DNA of 63,023 bases, filler included, from Licmophora abbreviata (Eukaryota): NCBI GenBank assembly GCA_900291995.1. It is 14 parts of 14 records of this genome, joined end to end, with 100 filler letters (N's around TTAATTAATTAA, not from the genome) between each part and the next. Parts side by side here need not be neighbours in the genome. Positions count along the whole stretch, not along the records: positions 1 to 11,150 come from OLMU01004809.1; 13 more parts are not named here. The stretch is one strand, 5' to 3'. The notes beneath the pieces are model-generated. The model had not been told where the DNA came from, did not search any database, and saw nothing but the letters and a program-made list of their open reading frames with translations. Positions 1 to 11,250 of the stretch are shown piece by piece; position 1 is the stretch's first letter, and each line of letters starts with the position of its first letter. Position numbers and translations under genes: made by a program.

Positions 1-1241
1 TCGTCTCAGTTGGCTCCGTAGGAGTAGTCGGCGCCATGGGAGCCATGAGTACAGACGGTGCCGTAGAAGGAGTCATCTCTGATGTATCACTTGACGGAGC
101 AGCTGAAGGAGAAGCTGTGTCGGTCGGTGCCACCGGTGACACGAGGCTGGAAGGGGTACCTGGCGATGGAGCCACTGTAGATGACTCGATCGGTGGTGAC
201 GTTGTGATAGGAACAAGCGTCGGCATATTGACAGGAGCTGGAGTAGCATAAGGGATCTGGGTGCCTTCAGGCTCCCTGAAAAAACATAGATGTCGAATGG
301 CAAATGATCCCGAAGAGTTCAATACCACAATCAGCACGTCTTCTGCGTTGTTCACAACAACTTCCTGGATAGAATTGGGTCCTTTCCCCACAACTGGAAT
401 TTCCAGAGTAGATTGCTTTGCTCGGTAAATCTTGAGCGTGGCCGTTTCATTTGCTTTGACATTCATTAATCCAATCGAAAGAAAGGCCTCGAGGCGAAGG
501 TCGAATGAGAAACTCATGCGTCCTCCGGTTCCTTTGGGATCGTCGGCGTTGATATCTTGAATGATTAGCACATTCCCCTGAGGCGCACAATTCTCACCTC
601 CCCCAACGCTACCTGGCTCTCCTCCTTCTCCAATACCAGGCCCCTGTGGGGTGCACTGTTTATTGGGACTGGCAATACCTGGGTCACTGACGTTTTCTGT
701 CATCGAGGAATTGTATATGCGAGCCATACCATCGGGCGTGTATCCTCCGTACATCGAGGATGCCGAAACTGTCATATCATACTTTCGAAACCATTCATAC
801 TTGACATACTCGCCATGGCTGAGAGGATCTCCATTCCCCGCCTCGGAAAAGTCAATGCACGTGGGAGGTAACGGAAAGAACAGCTTACGACTGTCGTCTT
901 CGTCGTCCGGGTGTGAAGCCGCATAAGCCCTCTGTTTCACATCTCGTTGACGAGCTCCTTGACGCAGCTGTGTACACAGAGCAGTATTATCAATGGTAAG
1001 ATGCCTTACTTTGCAAATGCAACGGTGATCGATTCTACGTGTGTGGCTTGAGTATGCCTGTACTTACGTTCCCAACCAACGCATCGTCGTCCTGTTCGCC
1101 ACCACCAATCGTCATGTAGTTGCTGGGAAGCAGCAGTCGTCCTCTCACAGAAGCATGCTGCTGATCCACGATGAGAGTGGCGAGACCCACTAGTACTCCC
1201 ACAAGCGCCAAGCCTTGATAAACTCCTACTCGCATGGTCAT
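1..1241 (-). CDS. Secreted protein with a Cys/Gly-rich globular domain and a Pro/Thr/Ser-rich mucin-like tail; 3' end runs off the window; intron 968-1067
   Basis: Exon 1 (1241-1068) encodes the hydrophobic leader MTMRVGVYQGLALVGVLVGLATL. A GTAAGT..ACACAG intron of 100 nt joins in phase 0 to an open frame LRQGARQR...RKLFFPLPPTCIDFSEAGNGDPL...SPNKQCTPQGPGIGEGGEPG...ENCAPQGNVLIIQD...TPAPVNMPTLVPITTSPP..., which is open to base 1. Confidence 0.8.
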
Positions 1242-1493
1242 TCGTCCTTGGGAGAGAAGAGGCTGTTGTATGTGATCATGTGGAATGGGTCAGTGACACA
1301 CTGCAAGGTGCGTGATAAGCTTTTTTTCATTTTGTTCCCGCATTGGGGTCATGAGTTGGCATCTTCAAAGCACGATCTGTAACATGTATGAAGGCAGACC
1401 CTAGGGACTTATATACCTTCATGAACGAATGTTGGTTTCAAAAATAGTCGTCGTACAGGTCCGCGTCGCGTTACTTTCCCCCCCCTGCGATGC

Positions 1494-2429
1494 ATGTTTT
1501 GTGTCACAAACTCGAGTTCCATGACAATGTCTTGCGGGCCTAATCTACTGTCGAGAATGACTATGATGAAGATCGTATTGAGTGCGAATCTCCTCGTGTA
1601 CTGCATGCCATGTAGCACATTTCAGATCAGCAGTATCCGGTTGCCATCATTATTGTTTTTAGACTGCAATCGTCATCGCAGGTCTCAAGAAGTACCATCG
1701 TCGTCGGTGTCTCGCTTCTCGTGGCTGGGCGATCGATGGTCAGAGTTTACAGGACGGCAAGAAGACACAGCTGGTTCCACATATGACCTACTGAGACTTC
1801 CAAAGCCCCCGTGCTTGTCGTTCAATACTACGGCGGCAACAGGAACGATTGTTCGACTGGCAGTACGACCTTACCATGAGTCCAGTTCCAAACCCTCCAG
1901 TACGAATTACACTACCCGCAAGGATGCAGTAGAAAGACTGTCTGTAGTTTATTCAGGCGTCATGAACGACTACAACCATTATCGAAGCATTGCCTTGAAT
2001 AAGACATTGGATCGAGCAGTTTCCATTCTGACTCATGATGTGATGCACTTTCTTCAAAACACAACCGGATATGCTGCACTGTGCGCAGATGGGGATCTAG
2101 GGGAGAATATACTGATTGATGGACTGTCCTATGATTCCTTTCAGGTAGGACAACAGTATGAGTTTCAAAGCAGCACGACGACTGATGTAAAATCTACCAG
2201 TGGTGCTACTGCTTCTGTTCGATTGCAAATCACCGAACCCATCATTCCTTGCGCCAACTTGTGCAAGTTGGGATTCATCAATGACGAAAGTCAATCTCCC
2301 AAGGAGCGCATTCGAACGTGTCAGCACTTTCTGGAAACACTGGGACAACGAAAAGGACTGCGGGGCTGGTATGCCAAAGTGATACAACAGGGAGAGGTAC
2401 GAGTGGGAGATCAAATCAAGAGACTATAA
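1494..2429 (+). CDS. MOSC domain (YiiM-like) protein
   Basis: Motifs GDLGENILIDGL, LQITEPIIPC and GLRGWYAKVIQQGEVRVGD match the MOSC C-terminal domain. The start Met is uncertain. Confidence 0.8.
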   Translation: MFCVTNSSSMTMSCGPNLLSRMTMMKIVLSANLLVYCMPCSTFQISSIRLPSLLFLDCNRHRRSQEVPSSSVSRFSWLGDRWSEFTGRQEDTAGSTYDLLRLPKPPCLSFNTTAATGTIVRLAVRPYHESSSKPSSTNYTTRKDAVERLSVVYSGVMNDYNHYRSIALNKTLDRAVSILTHDVMHFLQNTTGYAALCADGDLGENILIDGLSYDSFQVGQQYEFQSSTTTDVKSTSGATASVRLQITEPIIPCANLCKLGFINDESQSPKERIRTCQHFLETLGQRKGLRGWYAKVIQQGEVRVGDQIKRL

Positions 2430-2515
2430 AAATAGGAAAAGGAAGTAGACTAGGAGTGCTGTATGTGGAGGGGGCGAGTATTATATGCTGAGTCATACTC
2501 TCGTCTATACTTTTT

Positions 2516-3274
2516 CTAAATATACTGTTTCGTCTCAAAAAACTTGCGCAAGTAGAGAATCTGCGCTACGCATACCGTTATCAACACGAATGCCTCCAAG
2601 ACGGTCCATCGCACCACCAACGAGTAGGTCTGCTCACTGACTTCCCGATGAGTCGCCTCCCGATTGCGCATATAGTCATGATGATTTCGCAAATCGTAGA
2701 GCTTGTTGGAAATGGCCTGTGTCAGTGAAAATAACAAGGTCGATTCTTCCTTCAATTCATCTGCCGTCTCATCACTGCTTGCAGTTCGCACTCGCACATC
2801 AATCCCAACACTCCGATCCAGTTTGTCCCGTGACTTGTGTTTGATTCCATTCTGAACACACAAGGACAGTCTGGTCGTACTCGTGCGGACGCCGGCGTCG
2901 TTGTTGATTTCGACTTCAAACAAGTCTTCACTGTCCCCACGTTTCGAACGATAGAGCTGGTTCAGATCGCTGTCTAGGATTACAACGGAGACGGGTTTCG
3001 GAGACAAATCGTCGTCCAAGACGTCAAAGTTGCCCGAAACGACCGACGGGGCATCAGAGGGCACTCGAATGAAGACGCAGCTTTCGTCGTTGTGACTGAC
3101 GGTCAAGACGAAGGACGCATGACTAGTAAGAGGGAAGAAGGTGACCAATAAAAGAAATAAGAAAAGGGAACCAGCAAAAGGCCGGGGTGGAGAAATGGAC
3201 TGGCTCGAGGGCGCCGCCATGGTTGATGGTCGTTGTCGTTTTGTGGTGCGATGTGAGCCGCCGGATTCATTCAA
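2516..3274 (-). CDS. emp24/gp25L/p24 (TMED, GOLD domain) cargo receptor
   Basis: Signal peptide, two GOLD-domain cysteines (ESCVF, LSLCVQN), coiled coil YMRNREATHRE, TM segment and cytosolic tail QILYLRKFFETKQYI. Confidence 0.9.
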   Translation of the reverse strand: MNESGGSHRTTKRQRPSTMAAPSSQSISPPRPFAGSLFLFLLLVTFFPLTSHASFVLTVSHNDESCVFIRVPSDAPSVVSGNFDVLDDDLSPKPVSVVILDSDLNQLYRSKRGDSEDLFEVEINNDAGVRTSTTRLSLCVQNGIKHKSRDKLDRSVGIDVRVRTASSDETADELKEESTLLFSLTQAISNKLYDLRNHHDYMRNREATHREVSEQTYSLVVRWTVLEAFVLITVCVAQILYLRKFFETKQYI

Positions 3275-3575
3275 GGGGTTTAGGGAGCGAGACCTCGTGG
3301 ACGGGACTCTCTAGGCGGTCAGTTTTCCTAGCTACTACGGAGTACAGTAGAAGCCTTTCCAAGCTGCTCAAACATCTCTCGTTCTATCATGGATGGGCCT
3401 ACGCGGTACCGGTACTCGGTATCATGCCTCTCACAACGATGTTCTTTCAGTAGTAGAGCTGCTACTTGCGCACTTTCTGGTTGCTACTGGTACGATACGG
3501 CATACGTGTCTGTCGTCGTTCTCGCTCACAGCCCTCTCACTTTGCCACACTTCGTACCTCTTCTTGTTCTTCTTC

Positions 3576-4396
3576 TTATAAATAGGCTCTCTTTTCCAAA
3601 AACTTGCGCAAATACCAGACTTGCCCCAAGGCAATGGAAATGAGCACGAGTGCCTCCAGCAGTGTATATTGCATGACTCGATCGTAAATGCGTTGCAGCA
3701 ATCGCTTGTGTTGTTCCTCTCGTGTATTCAAGTATTCATAATGATCCTGCAGCGTTTCCCAATAGTCTTGGAAGGAAGCAGCAGATGTAATCAAGTGCAA
3801 AGCCTTCTCTTCGTCGGGGCCGGGCTCTTCGAGGGACCTGGGGGGAGTGTGGATGCGGACGTTAAAGCCAATGAGACGGTCCATGCCATCGTTGTTCCTT
3901 CGTGCCTTTGCATGGCCATTGCTAAAACACAGTTCGTATCGAGGCATAGTACTAGCTGTAGGAGGAGATGACCATGCTTCTTCGTCTTCAATGTCAAAGA
4001 CTTCTTCTCGTACGTTGGGAGTGCTCTTCCATAGGACACGAGAAAGTCTGCGGTTCATGCCGTCGCCAAAGGCTAGGCGTCGGAGGACAACGCTTACGGG
4101 AGACGGATCGAGTTCATCATCGAGGCAATCGAAATTTCCACTAGAATAAGCGCAATTCAAAGAAGAGTGTAAGATAAAACAAGTCATCGCCGTGATCAAG
4201 TATGATTTTGTCGTTTCACGTACGAAATAGTGCCCCTGGTGGGAGAGGGCACGACAAAACACTCTTGCGAGCCGCTGGGGACGAGGACCGACAGCGACGC
4301 GAAGGCAGAATTCACTGCCAGTAGACATAGGGCAGCAAGTCGAAGAGCGCCATTGCGTCTCCGGAACGAAGGAGCGAAACGCAGGGACGACATCAT
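3576..4396 (-). CDS. Second emp24/gp25L/p24 protein; intron 4141-4223
   Basis: Exon 1 has a signal peptide and SQECFVV. A GTACGT..TTCTAG intron of 83 nt restores ISGNFDCL; then YELCFSN, YLNTREEQHK, TM and tail QVWYLRKFLEKRAYL. Confidence 0.9.
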
Positions 4397-4719
4397 GGTG
4401 ATTGCTCCAAACCGGAAAAAAGTCTTGTGTGTCTAGCTCTCGCTTTTTGTCGTCACAGCCGACGTTTTCGAGCTCTTTTCCTATAGCTCGCAGTGACTGG
4501 ACCCCTTCGATTCAAACCAACTTTGGCGCGCTTTTTGGTGCTTGCTTGCGTCAGTGAAACTTGAAGCGAGAAAGTTCCTCCAGCTGCAAATTTGCAGTCT
4601 CACTATTCTCACTATACTATTGCGAACCTTGTATATTCATTCACATCTGTTTCGAGGAACGACTTGATAGACTACTACTGTACAGCTTCTTGGGACAACT
4701 TCTAGTGTAGAGAGAGAGA

Positions 4720-5733
4720 GTGCTAGCTTTGAGAATGAAACGAACGAGATCTATTCCAGTGTCCTGCTGCTGGTGTGTCATCCCGCGACTCCTCACCATC
4801 CTCGTGTGGATGTTTTCGGGACATGATGTCGTGCAATCCTTTGTCGTCCTGCCTCTCCCCACTACGTGTCGCTCGTCATCATCCCTCATTGCAAGGCGAA
4901 ACTTTTTCAAAGACATGCTGGGTACTGCCTTTGCCAACGACGCGACACTCAGCAAGAGTGATGTCAAGGATGGCAGTATCGACAGTGCACTGTACAACAC
5001 GGAGGAACAACAACAACAACAGTATATCACTAGTACGGCTCCCACACAGACACAACGGCAGTGGCACGAAGCGCAAGCCAGAATGCAGAGTACTCAGAGG
5101 GGTGCTCCGATTCGAGAAGCGCAGTGGTTGGAAGATACGAAATGGACCATTGACTTATACTTGAGTGGAGTGCCGTCGAAGGATCCATCCAATGATTTGT
5201 ATGCTGCCAAGACGAACATTTCCACGCGAGCCAAGCAACAAGGTATGGATCTGCCGCCGGAAGTGAGTGTTCAGATTCAAGTGCAGTTCTTGGCAAACAA
5301 TGTGTGTCGAGTCTTGTCGGAGACGCCATTTACGAAAGCATCCGCAGGTGGTGAATGGAAGTTGTCCGACGATGGGACCATGGTACGATTCAGTTTTCAA
5401 GTTTTGGGTTACTCGCGTACCGTCCAGACCAAGGGGACCATTACGAACGTCTTTTGGAGTGATCGTGATCAGGTCAATACGAGTACCAGTACGTCCTACA
5501 CGATTCCAGCAGGGATGGTCTATGGCGATGTCCAAGTGGGGTACGGATCCTCTCCTGGTACGCTCCAAATGCCAGACCGCGGGGTTTTGCGCGTGGAACA
5601 AACCATGGGTTTGCTCAATGCTGGATCCAGAATGGTACCGTGTGGACAGTTTGTCGGAACCCAAGTGGGGGGAAGAACGAACGACCGAATCAGACGCATA
5701 GGTCGACCGGTACTAGCGTACGACCAACTTTGA
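4720..5733 (+). CDS. Hypothetical, probably plastid-targeted protein
   Basis: 337-codon ORF with a hydrophobic leader, VQS|F cleavage-like site, S/T/R-rich transit-like stretch and a beta-rich globular C-terminus. The first ATG is at 4735. Confidence 0.65.
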   Translation: MLALRMKRTRSIPVSCCWCVIPRLLTILVWMFSGHDVVQSFVVLPLPTTCRSSSSLIARRNFFKDMLGTAFANDATLSKSDVKDGSIDSALYNTEEQQQQQYITSTAPTQTQRQWHEAQARMQSTQRGAPIREAQWLEDTKWTIDLYLSGVPSKDPSNDLYAAKTNISTRAKQQGMDLPPEVSVQIQVQFLANNVCRVLSETPFTKASAGGEWKLSDDGTMVRFSFQVLGYSRTVQTKGTITNVFWSDRDQVNTSTSTSYTIPAGMVYGDVQVGYGSSPGTLQMPDRGVLRVEQTMGLLNAGSRMVPCGQFVGTQVGGRTNDRIRRIGRPVLAYDQL

Positions 5734-5911
5734 ACGTGATTGCAGGATGATACAAATTCACTAAACAATGCTATGTTACTCCAATATCGGGTTGTTTCGA
5801 ACATTCCACGGCCAAAACACTAGAATGTCGACGATACGGTGCGATCTTGATTATGTAGGGTGACGCCGGTACACATTACAGTGTATAAGAACTGGCATCA
5901 ATGAGATTGTC

Positions 5912-6502
5912 CTACGATCCTAAGAAGAGGCCATTTACGGTTGTAGTTCCTTCCGCGGTGACCTCCATTTCGAAATCGCCAGCTTCGGGAACTTGTCCAT
6001 AGCCCACAACGCTCACGGGCTGAAACGAAAAGTCGCCTGAGTTCACAACTCCTTCCACGGTGAACGTTCCAACTGGAGATGGCGTAGGGTCAACGTTCGA
6101 AAATCCAATGGTAAAGGTCTTGACGGCAAAGGAGACGTACGTCTCGCTGGAAGAAATTCCGACGGCGTACCCCGTGGTCATCGCCGAGATGGGCTGTGTG
6201 GTTCCACCCAGGTCGACGATCGAATAGGCTTCCAAAGATGACTCATCAAAGGAAATGGTCTCGCCGTTGGGTAAAACCGGGGCAAAGTTCATACCAAAGA
6301 CGATGGAAACAAAGTATGATGTGTCACGGTCCGGCAACTCTCCGGCACCGGCTCCCCCTCCGCCGCCGCCACGCTTTCGCTTTCGCAAGTGACGGCCTGG
6401 AAGGGTCTCTGCTTCCTTCGCCAGCGTAGAGCCAAGCACGAGCAAGACTGCGAGAAGAAGAAGAGGGGTGTACGAGAGCGTGTTACTGAAGAATCGCATC
6501 AT
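5912..6502 (-). CDS. Secreted hypothetical protein with RXL propeptide-like motif
   Basis: Clear signal peptide (PLLLLAVLLVLGSTLA), RHLRKRKR, poly-Gly linker and a beta-rich acidic domain. Confidence 0.7.
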   Translation of the reverse strand: MMRFFSNTLSYTPLLLLAVLLVLGSTLAKEAETLPGRHLRKRKRGGGGGGAGAGELPDRDTSYFVSIVFGMNFAPVLPNGETISFDESSLEAYSIVDLGGTTQPISAMTTGYAVGISSSETYVSFAVKTFTIGFSNVDPTPSPVGTFTVEGVVNSGDFSFQPVSVVGYGQVPEAGDFEMEVTAEGTTTVNGLFLGS

Positions 6503-7100
6503 TAAGATTCTTGGTTCGGATAGAAGTCGTCAGTCTTGGATGCTTGAATGGGATTGCTCACCCAGAAGAAGCCTAGTCTTTATTTAGGATAGTACAGCCG
6601 CCACAATGACAAACGATGGGACGCACAAAACGCACATTGTGCAGATAGGAAGACGTTAGTAACACCAGGACAACACTGCAGGAATCGTCACAACAACCAT
6701 ATCTTACCTTTTGTCTCTAATTTGTGATGTTCTGCGAACGATCCGAGACTTCAAAGAGTCAGTCTTGTTGGGTGTTCAGAAATGTTCCAAGACTTGGAAC
6801 AAGACACGACTCACTCCGTTCAAGTCTCTCCATCCAAACCCGTCTGCTCGTCGTCCAGTCGTGGTGTTCTACGTGACGTCTGTACCGGTACGTATGCCGA
6901 GCGAGCTCATGTTTCATGTTATGGATCCCTTCGATTCAAACGCAATTTCGCGCCAAGAAACGAAGTGACACCTCTTGTTCTTTGCATTCGAATGACACAC
7001 ACAGTTTTGGATTCGCTTTGCATTTCCACATTTGTTGGCAACGGAGCAAGGATCATCCTTGACTGTGCCCAGAAGTAGACTGCGGTAATCGCAGTTCAAG

Positions 7101-8642
7101 ATGGATGCACTGCACAACGACGGGAGATGTGTCGTCGTGGTGGACAATTTGGAGCTGGCAGAGACAGGCGACATCGTCAAGGCGTCAGAGCAGCGTGAGG
7201 ACGATTCTCAACATGATTCGGCTGCTCCCACGAGGGACGTGCAGCGTTATATTCGGCACTTGTCGAATCAATGGGTGCAGCAGTCGGTCATGCATGATGA
7301 ACAAGCAAAAGTCCATGCCGACCAACGATTGCTGCGGAGCGTCATGTTGGAGGTGGGCGACGTTGTCCACGACGTTGCGGCGGTGGAAGTGTACGTCTTT
7401 GAAGATCCGAGACTTGTGCCCGTGGAGTTCTGCTGGATGGAGATTACAGAGGGCAGTGATGATGAAGAGCGAGATAAGTTGACACGACCCGAAATTGCAA
7501 TTCCAGGAATCGATCTGGTTGGAGCTCTTTGGCAGCACGCCGGAGAAACGTCGGGTGGTATGAAGCGCGTCTCTTCCTTACACTCACTGGGTGGTGGACG
7601 ATCCTGGAGTGCGTCCTTTCGGAATAACCAAAACGATGGTACGCAAAAGACTACCTTGCAACAACTCTCACCATCCTCACTGGGAGGTGGTGTTTCTCTA
7701 CATTGGCGAGAGCTGGACTCTGTGATCCACGACCCAGACGTGCTTCATGGGCCACGTCTAGAGGCATTGAAAAAGACTGGCTTGCAAACTGCTGCTGGCG
7801 TTGGATTCGAAGCGCATGGCACGCAAGGAATGGTAGTCTACTATAGTAGAGCGGGTCCAGACTCGAATAAAGTGTCTGCGGTGGTCAACGAGATCTACTT
7901 GTGCCGAACAGCGTCGTTGATCGGCAATATTCAGGCAGCAACCGAGGCGAGACGAGCTTCCGCTGCCTTTCAGTGGCAGCAGTCTACTAGTGACTCGACG
8001 TACAGTAAGAAAGAAAAGTCAGGGGATAGAATGTCAAGCAATGGAAAGCTGTCGGATACGTATACAAGCGGGAGGATGAGGAATCGCATGGTTGCATGGT
8101 ATCGAAAGCTCGGGGGAAGCGGGACGCAAATACCACCTGGAATGCCTCTGGTCGAAGCACTTTGGACAGTCTTCGGAGTCGTTGTTGGGCTGTTGACTGT
8201 ATCGTCCTTGAACGAACTTTTTCAATGCGTTTCTCACGATGAATATTTCCTCATCATGGGACCATTTGGTGCACTCGTCACTTTGCAATATGGTCTTACG
8301 GGTGCGCCAGCGGCGCAGCCGCGCAACATTGTATGGGGGCATGTGGTGGCAGGAACCATCTCGCTGGTGTTCACCTACATCCCAGAAACGGTCCTACCGT
8401 TGTTTGTCAGGCAACTCTTGGCTCCAGCAGTTTCGATTGGAGCCATGGTCAAGCTGGGTATAACGCATCCTCCCGCAGGTGCATTCAGCGTCATTTTCGC
8501 TCAAGGCGATCACGATTGGGGATTCTATGCACTCGCGATATTGGGCAGTATCATTTCCATACTCCCTGCCACCATTGTCAACAACTTGAACCAGAAGCGG
8601 CAGTATCCCACCTATTGGGGATTCTGTCGATCGCATGCATAA
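7101..8642 (+). CDS. HPP-family integral membrane transporter with an N-terminal GAF-like soluble domain
   Basis: The C-terminal region has MGPFGA, AQPRN and THPPAGA plus 4-5 TM helices (HPP family). The ~300-aa N-terminal region has GAF-like elements (AAVEVYVF, PGIDLVGALW, AAGVGFEAHGTQGMVVYYSR). Confidence 0.85.
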   Translation: MDALHNDGRCVVVVDNLELAETGDIVKASEQREDDSQHDSAAPTRDVQRYIRHLSNQWVQQSVMHDEQAKVHADQRLLRSVMLEVGDVVHDVAAVEVYVFEDPRLVPVEFCWMEITEGSDDEERDKLTRPEIAIPGIDLVGALWQHAGETSGGMKRVSSLHSLGGGRSWSASFRNNQNDGTQKTTLQQLSPSSLGGGVSLHWRELDSVIHDPDVLHGPRLEALKKTGLQTAAGVGFEAHGTQGMVVYYSRAGPDSNKVSAVVNEIYLCRTASLIGNIQAATEARRASAAFQWQQSTSDSTYSKKEKSGDRMSSNGKLSDTYTSGRMRNRMVAWYRKLGGSGTQIPPGMPLVEALWTVFGVVVGLLTVSSLNELFQCVSHDEYFLIMGPFGALVTLQYGLTGAPAAQPRNIVWGHVVAGTISLVFTYIPETVLPLFVRQLLAPAVSIGAMVKLGITHPPAGAFSVIFAQGDHDWGFYALAILGSIISILPATIVNNLNQKRQYPTYWGFCRSHA

Positions 8643-8807
8643 AGGTTGCTGGAGAGGCCTTACGAATTTCTAGCAGGTCAACGCCGTAGTAGCCAAATAG
8701 AGGAGCAACGCGCTAGCAGCTTGAACAGGAAACGACAGTAGATAGATGTAACAATCTTGTTCGAGCTAGCGTCGCTTATCGCCAGCTACTACACGCAGAA
8801 GCTGCGT

Positions 8808-10362
8808 TTAATGTTCAACAATCTCAATCTTGGACCCTTTCCGAATCTGTCCCCAGCCAATGAGACGCCAATGCTTTTCCACTCGACGACTTAGCGCAAT
8901 CTTCTCTCCTTCTTGTGTACAGACAGGCTGTGTCAAGGCAATCTTGGCCAGATCTCCCTTTACAGCCAAGACACGTCCACCGGTCGCGGTACTGCCAATA
9001 TTCACCATGAGAATTTCATTCCGAGTCAACTTTTGAACCTTGGCCTGCTTGCCGCCGTCCGATGTCTTGACACCCAGCAACCTCCGCAGCAAGTAGTAAC
9101 TAATTTCAATTTCACAAAAGACGTCCGGAAGTTGTCCCTTGAGTCCCAGTACTTGTCCGACGAGACGATCGGCACGCGTCAGAGTCGGGTCGATTCGAGT
9201 ACCGACACCAATCAATCCACCTGGAACAGCAAACTGCAAATCGTTCGCTTCCGCGTACAAGGACGAGATGCGAGAGTAAATCGGCGAGCACACCATGGTC
9301 GGACTGCCACCTTCCTCGCTGCCCTCTTGTTTCGTGACAATACCAGGACGCACTTCAATTTCGTCTCCCACACGCAAGACTCCCTGCAAAATACTTCCAC
9401 CGGCCACGCCACCTTGCAAATTCTTGACATCTTGTCCGGGCCGATTGACATCAAAACTTCGAATGACAATCAACCTTGGCACGCTAGTAAAGTCCCGCGG
9501 CGGGAGAGGAATTTTTCGCACCAGAAACTCGCACACGGCATCCATGTTGTATTTCAGAACAGCTGAAATGGGAAGAATCGGGGCACTGTCCGCGACAGTC
9601 CCCGCCACGAACTTGCGAATCTGTTCTTGCTGCGCCAACGCCGCGTCCGGTTTGACCAAATCGACCTTATTCTGCAAAATCAATATATTCTCCAAGCGCA
9701 TAATTTCCACCGCGGCGAGATGTTCACTCGTCTGCGGCTGAGGACACGGTTCATTGCCAGCCACCAGCAACAATGCGGCGTCCATGACGGCCGCACCGTT
9801 CAGCATGGTGGCCATGAGAATGTCATGCCCGGGACAATCGACAAAGGATACGTGACGTCTCAGTCGATACGTGACCCCATCCTTCTCATCGACAAACTCA
9901 TCGGGATGACTACTTCCACGACTTGTGTAATATCCGCCACTTTCGCTCTTGGCATCACCCTTGTAAATTTTGGCATTGGCGTACCCCAATTTGATGGTAA
10001 TGTTGCGCTCGAGTTCATTCTTGAAACGGACCGTCTGGACACCCGAAATGGCCTTGACGACCGTACTTTTACCATGAGCGACATGACCGATCGTACCGAC
10101 ATTGATGGTCGCTTGACGAGAGATCTAACAAGGTGAAGAAGTAGAGAGACAGAGTTAGTATTGATCTAGGATACAATACAGTGGTATCGGATCGTTCTCA
10201 GGTGAGAATATCGGTCCGTTCGTCACACCGTTTACGTACCACTTCGGGCGACAGTGCGGTGAGCTTGCTGGCGTCGACATTTTTCGCGTCTTGGGGCATC
10301 AAATGAGGCTGCGTCTTTTGTTTCGGCATTTCGGCCGTTGTTGTGTCTGAGGAGGAGCCCAT
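8808..10362 (-). CDS. EIF2S3: Eukaryotic translation initiation factor 2 subunit gamma; intron 10125-10239
   Basis: Spliced product reads [26 protein letters not shown], with DCPGH, QNKVD and C-terminal [28 protein letters not shown] intron. Confidence 0.97.
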
Positions 10363-10659
10363 GGCGTGTGTAGAGAAGGATACGAACGAAATAAACAGGC
10401 AAGAGAGTGCAATGGACGGTGGTTTGCTTTGAGCTCGTTTGGTTTTGTGTGGGCTGGTGATGGCGGCAGCTTGAGCACCGCACATTCTTCAAGTAGAACG
10501 CTGTACAAAAGCTACGTAGAGATTCACGGTCTGTCAGTCGAGCATCTCACTTTTTTCAAGTTTTGGAAGTTTGAAACATTCGACATTCGACATGTTTCGA
10601 GTGACGAGTGTTGTGCTGCCAGTCTTTCGCTGCCATTGATTGGTACTCTCGTGCACATC

Positions 10660-11150
10660 ATGTCCTCTCCTTCTCCCTCATCATCATTACGGCTCCATCC
10701 CACACTCGACCCCTGCTGTAATGTTCGTCGAACCTGTCGAGCAATCGTTGAAGATGATGACTGTTCTGTATCAGTGGATCTAGATTCTGTAAAGCGTTTG
10801 ATCAATCACATGATGAGTACGGAGTCATCCAACGGAAGCATCGCATGGGACAGTGAGGGGTGGCATTATACGGGGAGCACTCTTCAGAACGAAGAATTAC
10901 GCATCGAACGCGTATTTTTGTACGTCCTTGCCTTGGATGCCATTAACTTTTGCTTTTGGCCGGTGGAGGATGATGAAAATGATGATGCGACGGAGAACTG
11001 TAGTAGTACTGCTGCTACGAATACACTGGAGTATGATCACTTGGCCATGGCCTTGACGAAACTGGCAAATTCAAATGAGGATGACTACTTTTTTGATCCG
11101 CAGCACCTTGCCTCCATGACTCCCTCGAAAATGAAGGCTGCCCTCGAACC
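10660..11150 (+). CDS. QNG1: Queuosine salvage protein (DUF2419/QNG1 family), 5' part, truncated by assembly gap
   Basis: Motifs WDSEGWHY, YVLALDAINFCFW and EYDHLAMAL are characteristic of the family N-terminus. Confidence 0.8.
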
Positions 11151-11250
11151 NNNNNNNNNNNNNNNNNNNNNNNNNNNNNNNNNNNNNNNNNNNNTTAATT
11201 AATTAANNNNNNNNNNNNNNNNNNNNNNNNNNNNNNNNNNNNNNNNNNNN
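11151..11250. other. Artificial scaffold gap spacer; first of 13
   Basis: 44 N + TTAATTAATTAA (stop in all six frames) + 44 N. The same spacer is at 12482, 14912, 21393, 31178, 32330, 37607, 41794, 44957, 51821, 53574, 58034 and 61393. Confidence 0.98.

Noticed and set aside
11195..11206. TTAATTAATTAA palindrome recurring 13 times
   Set aside because: Always centred in 44+44 N; it is an assembly spacer with stops in six frames, not a biological motif.
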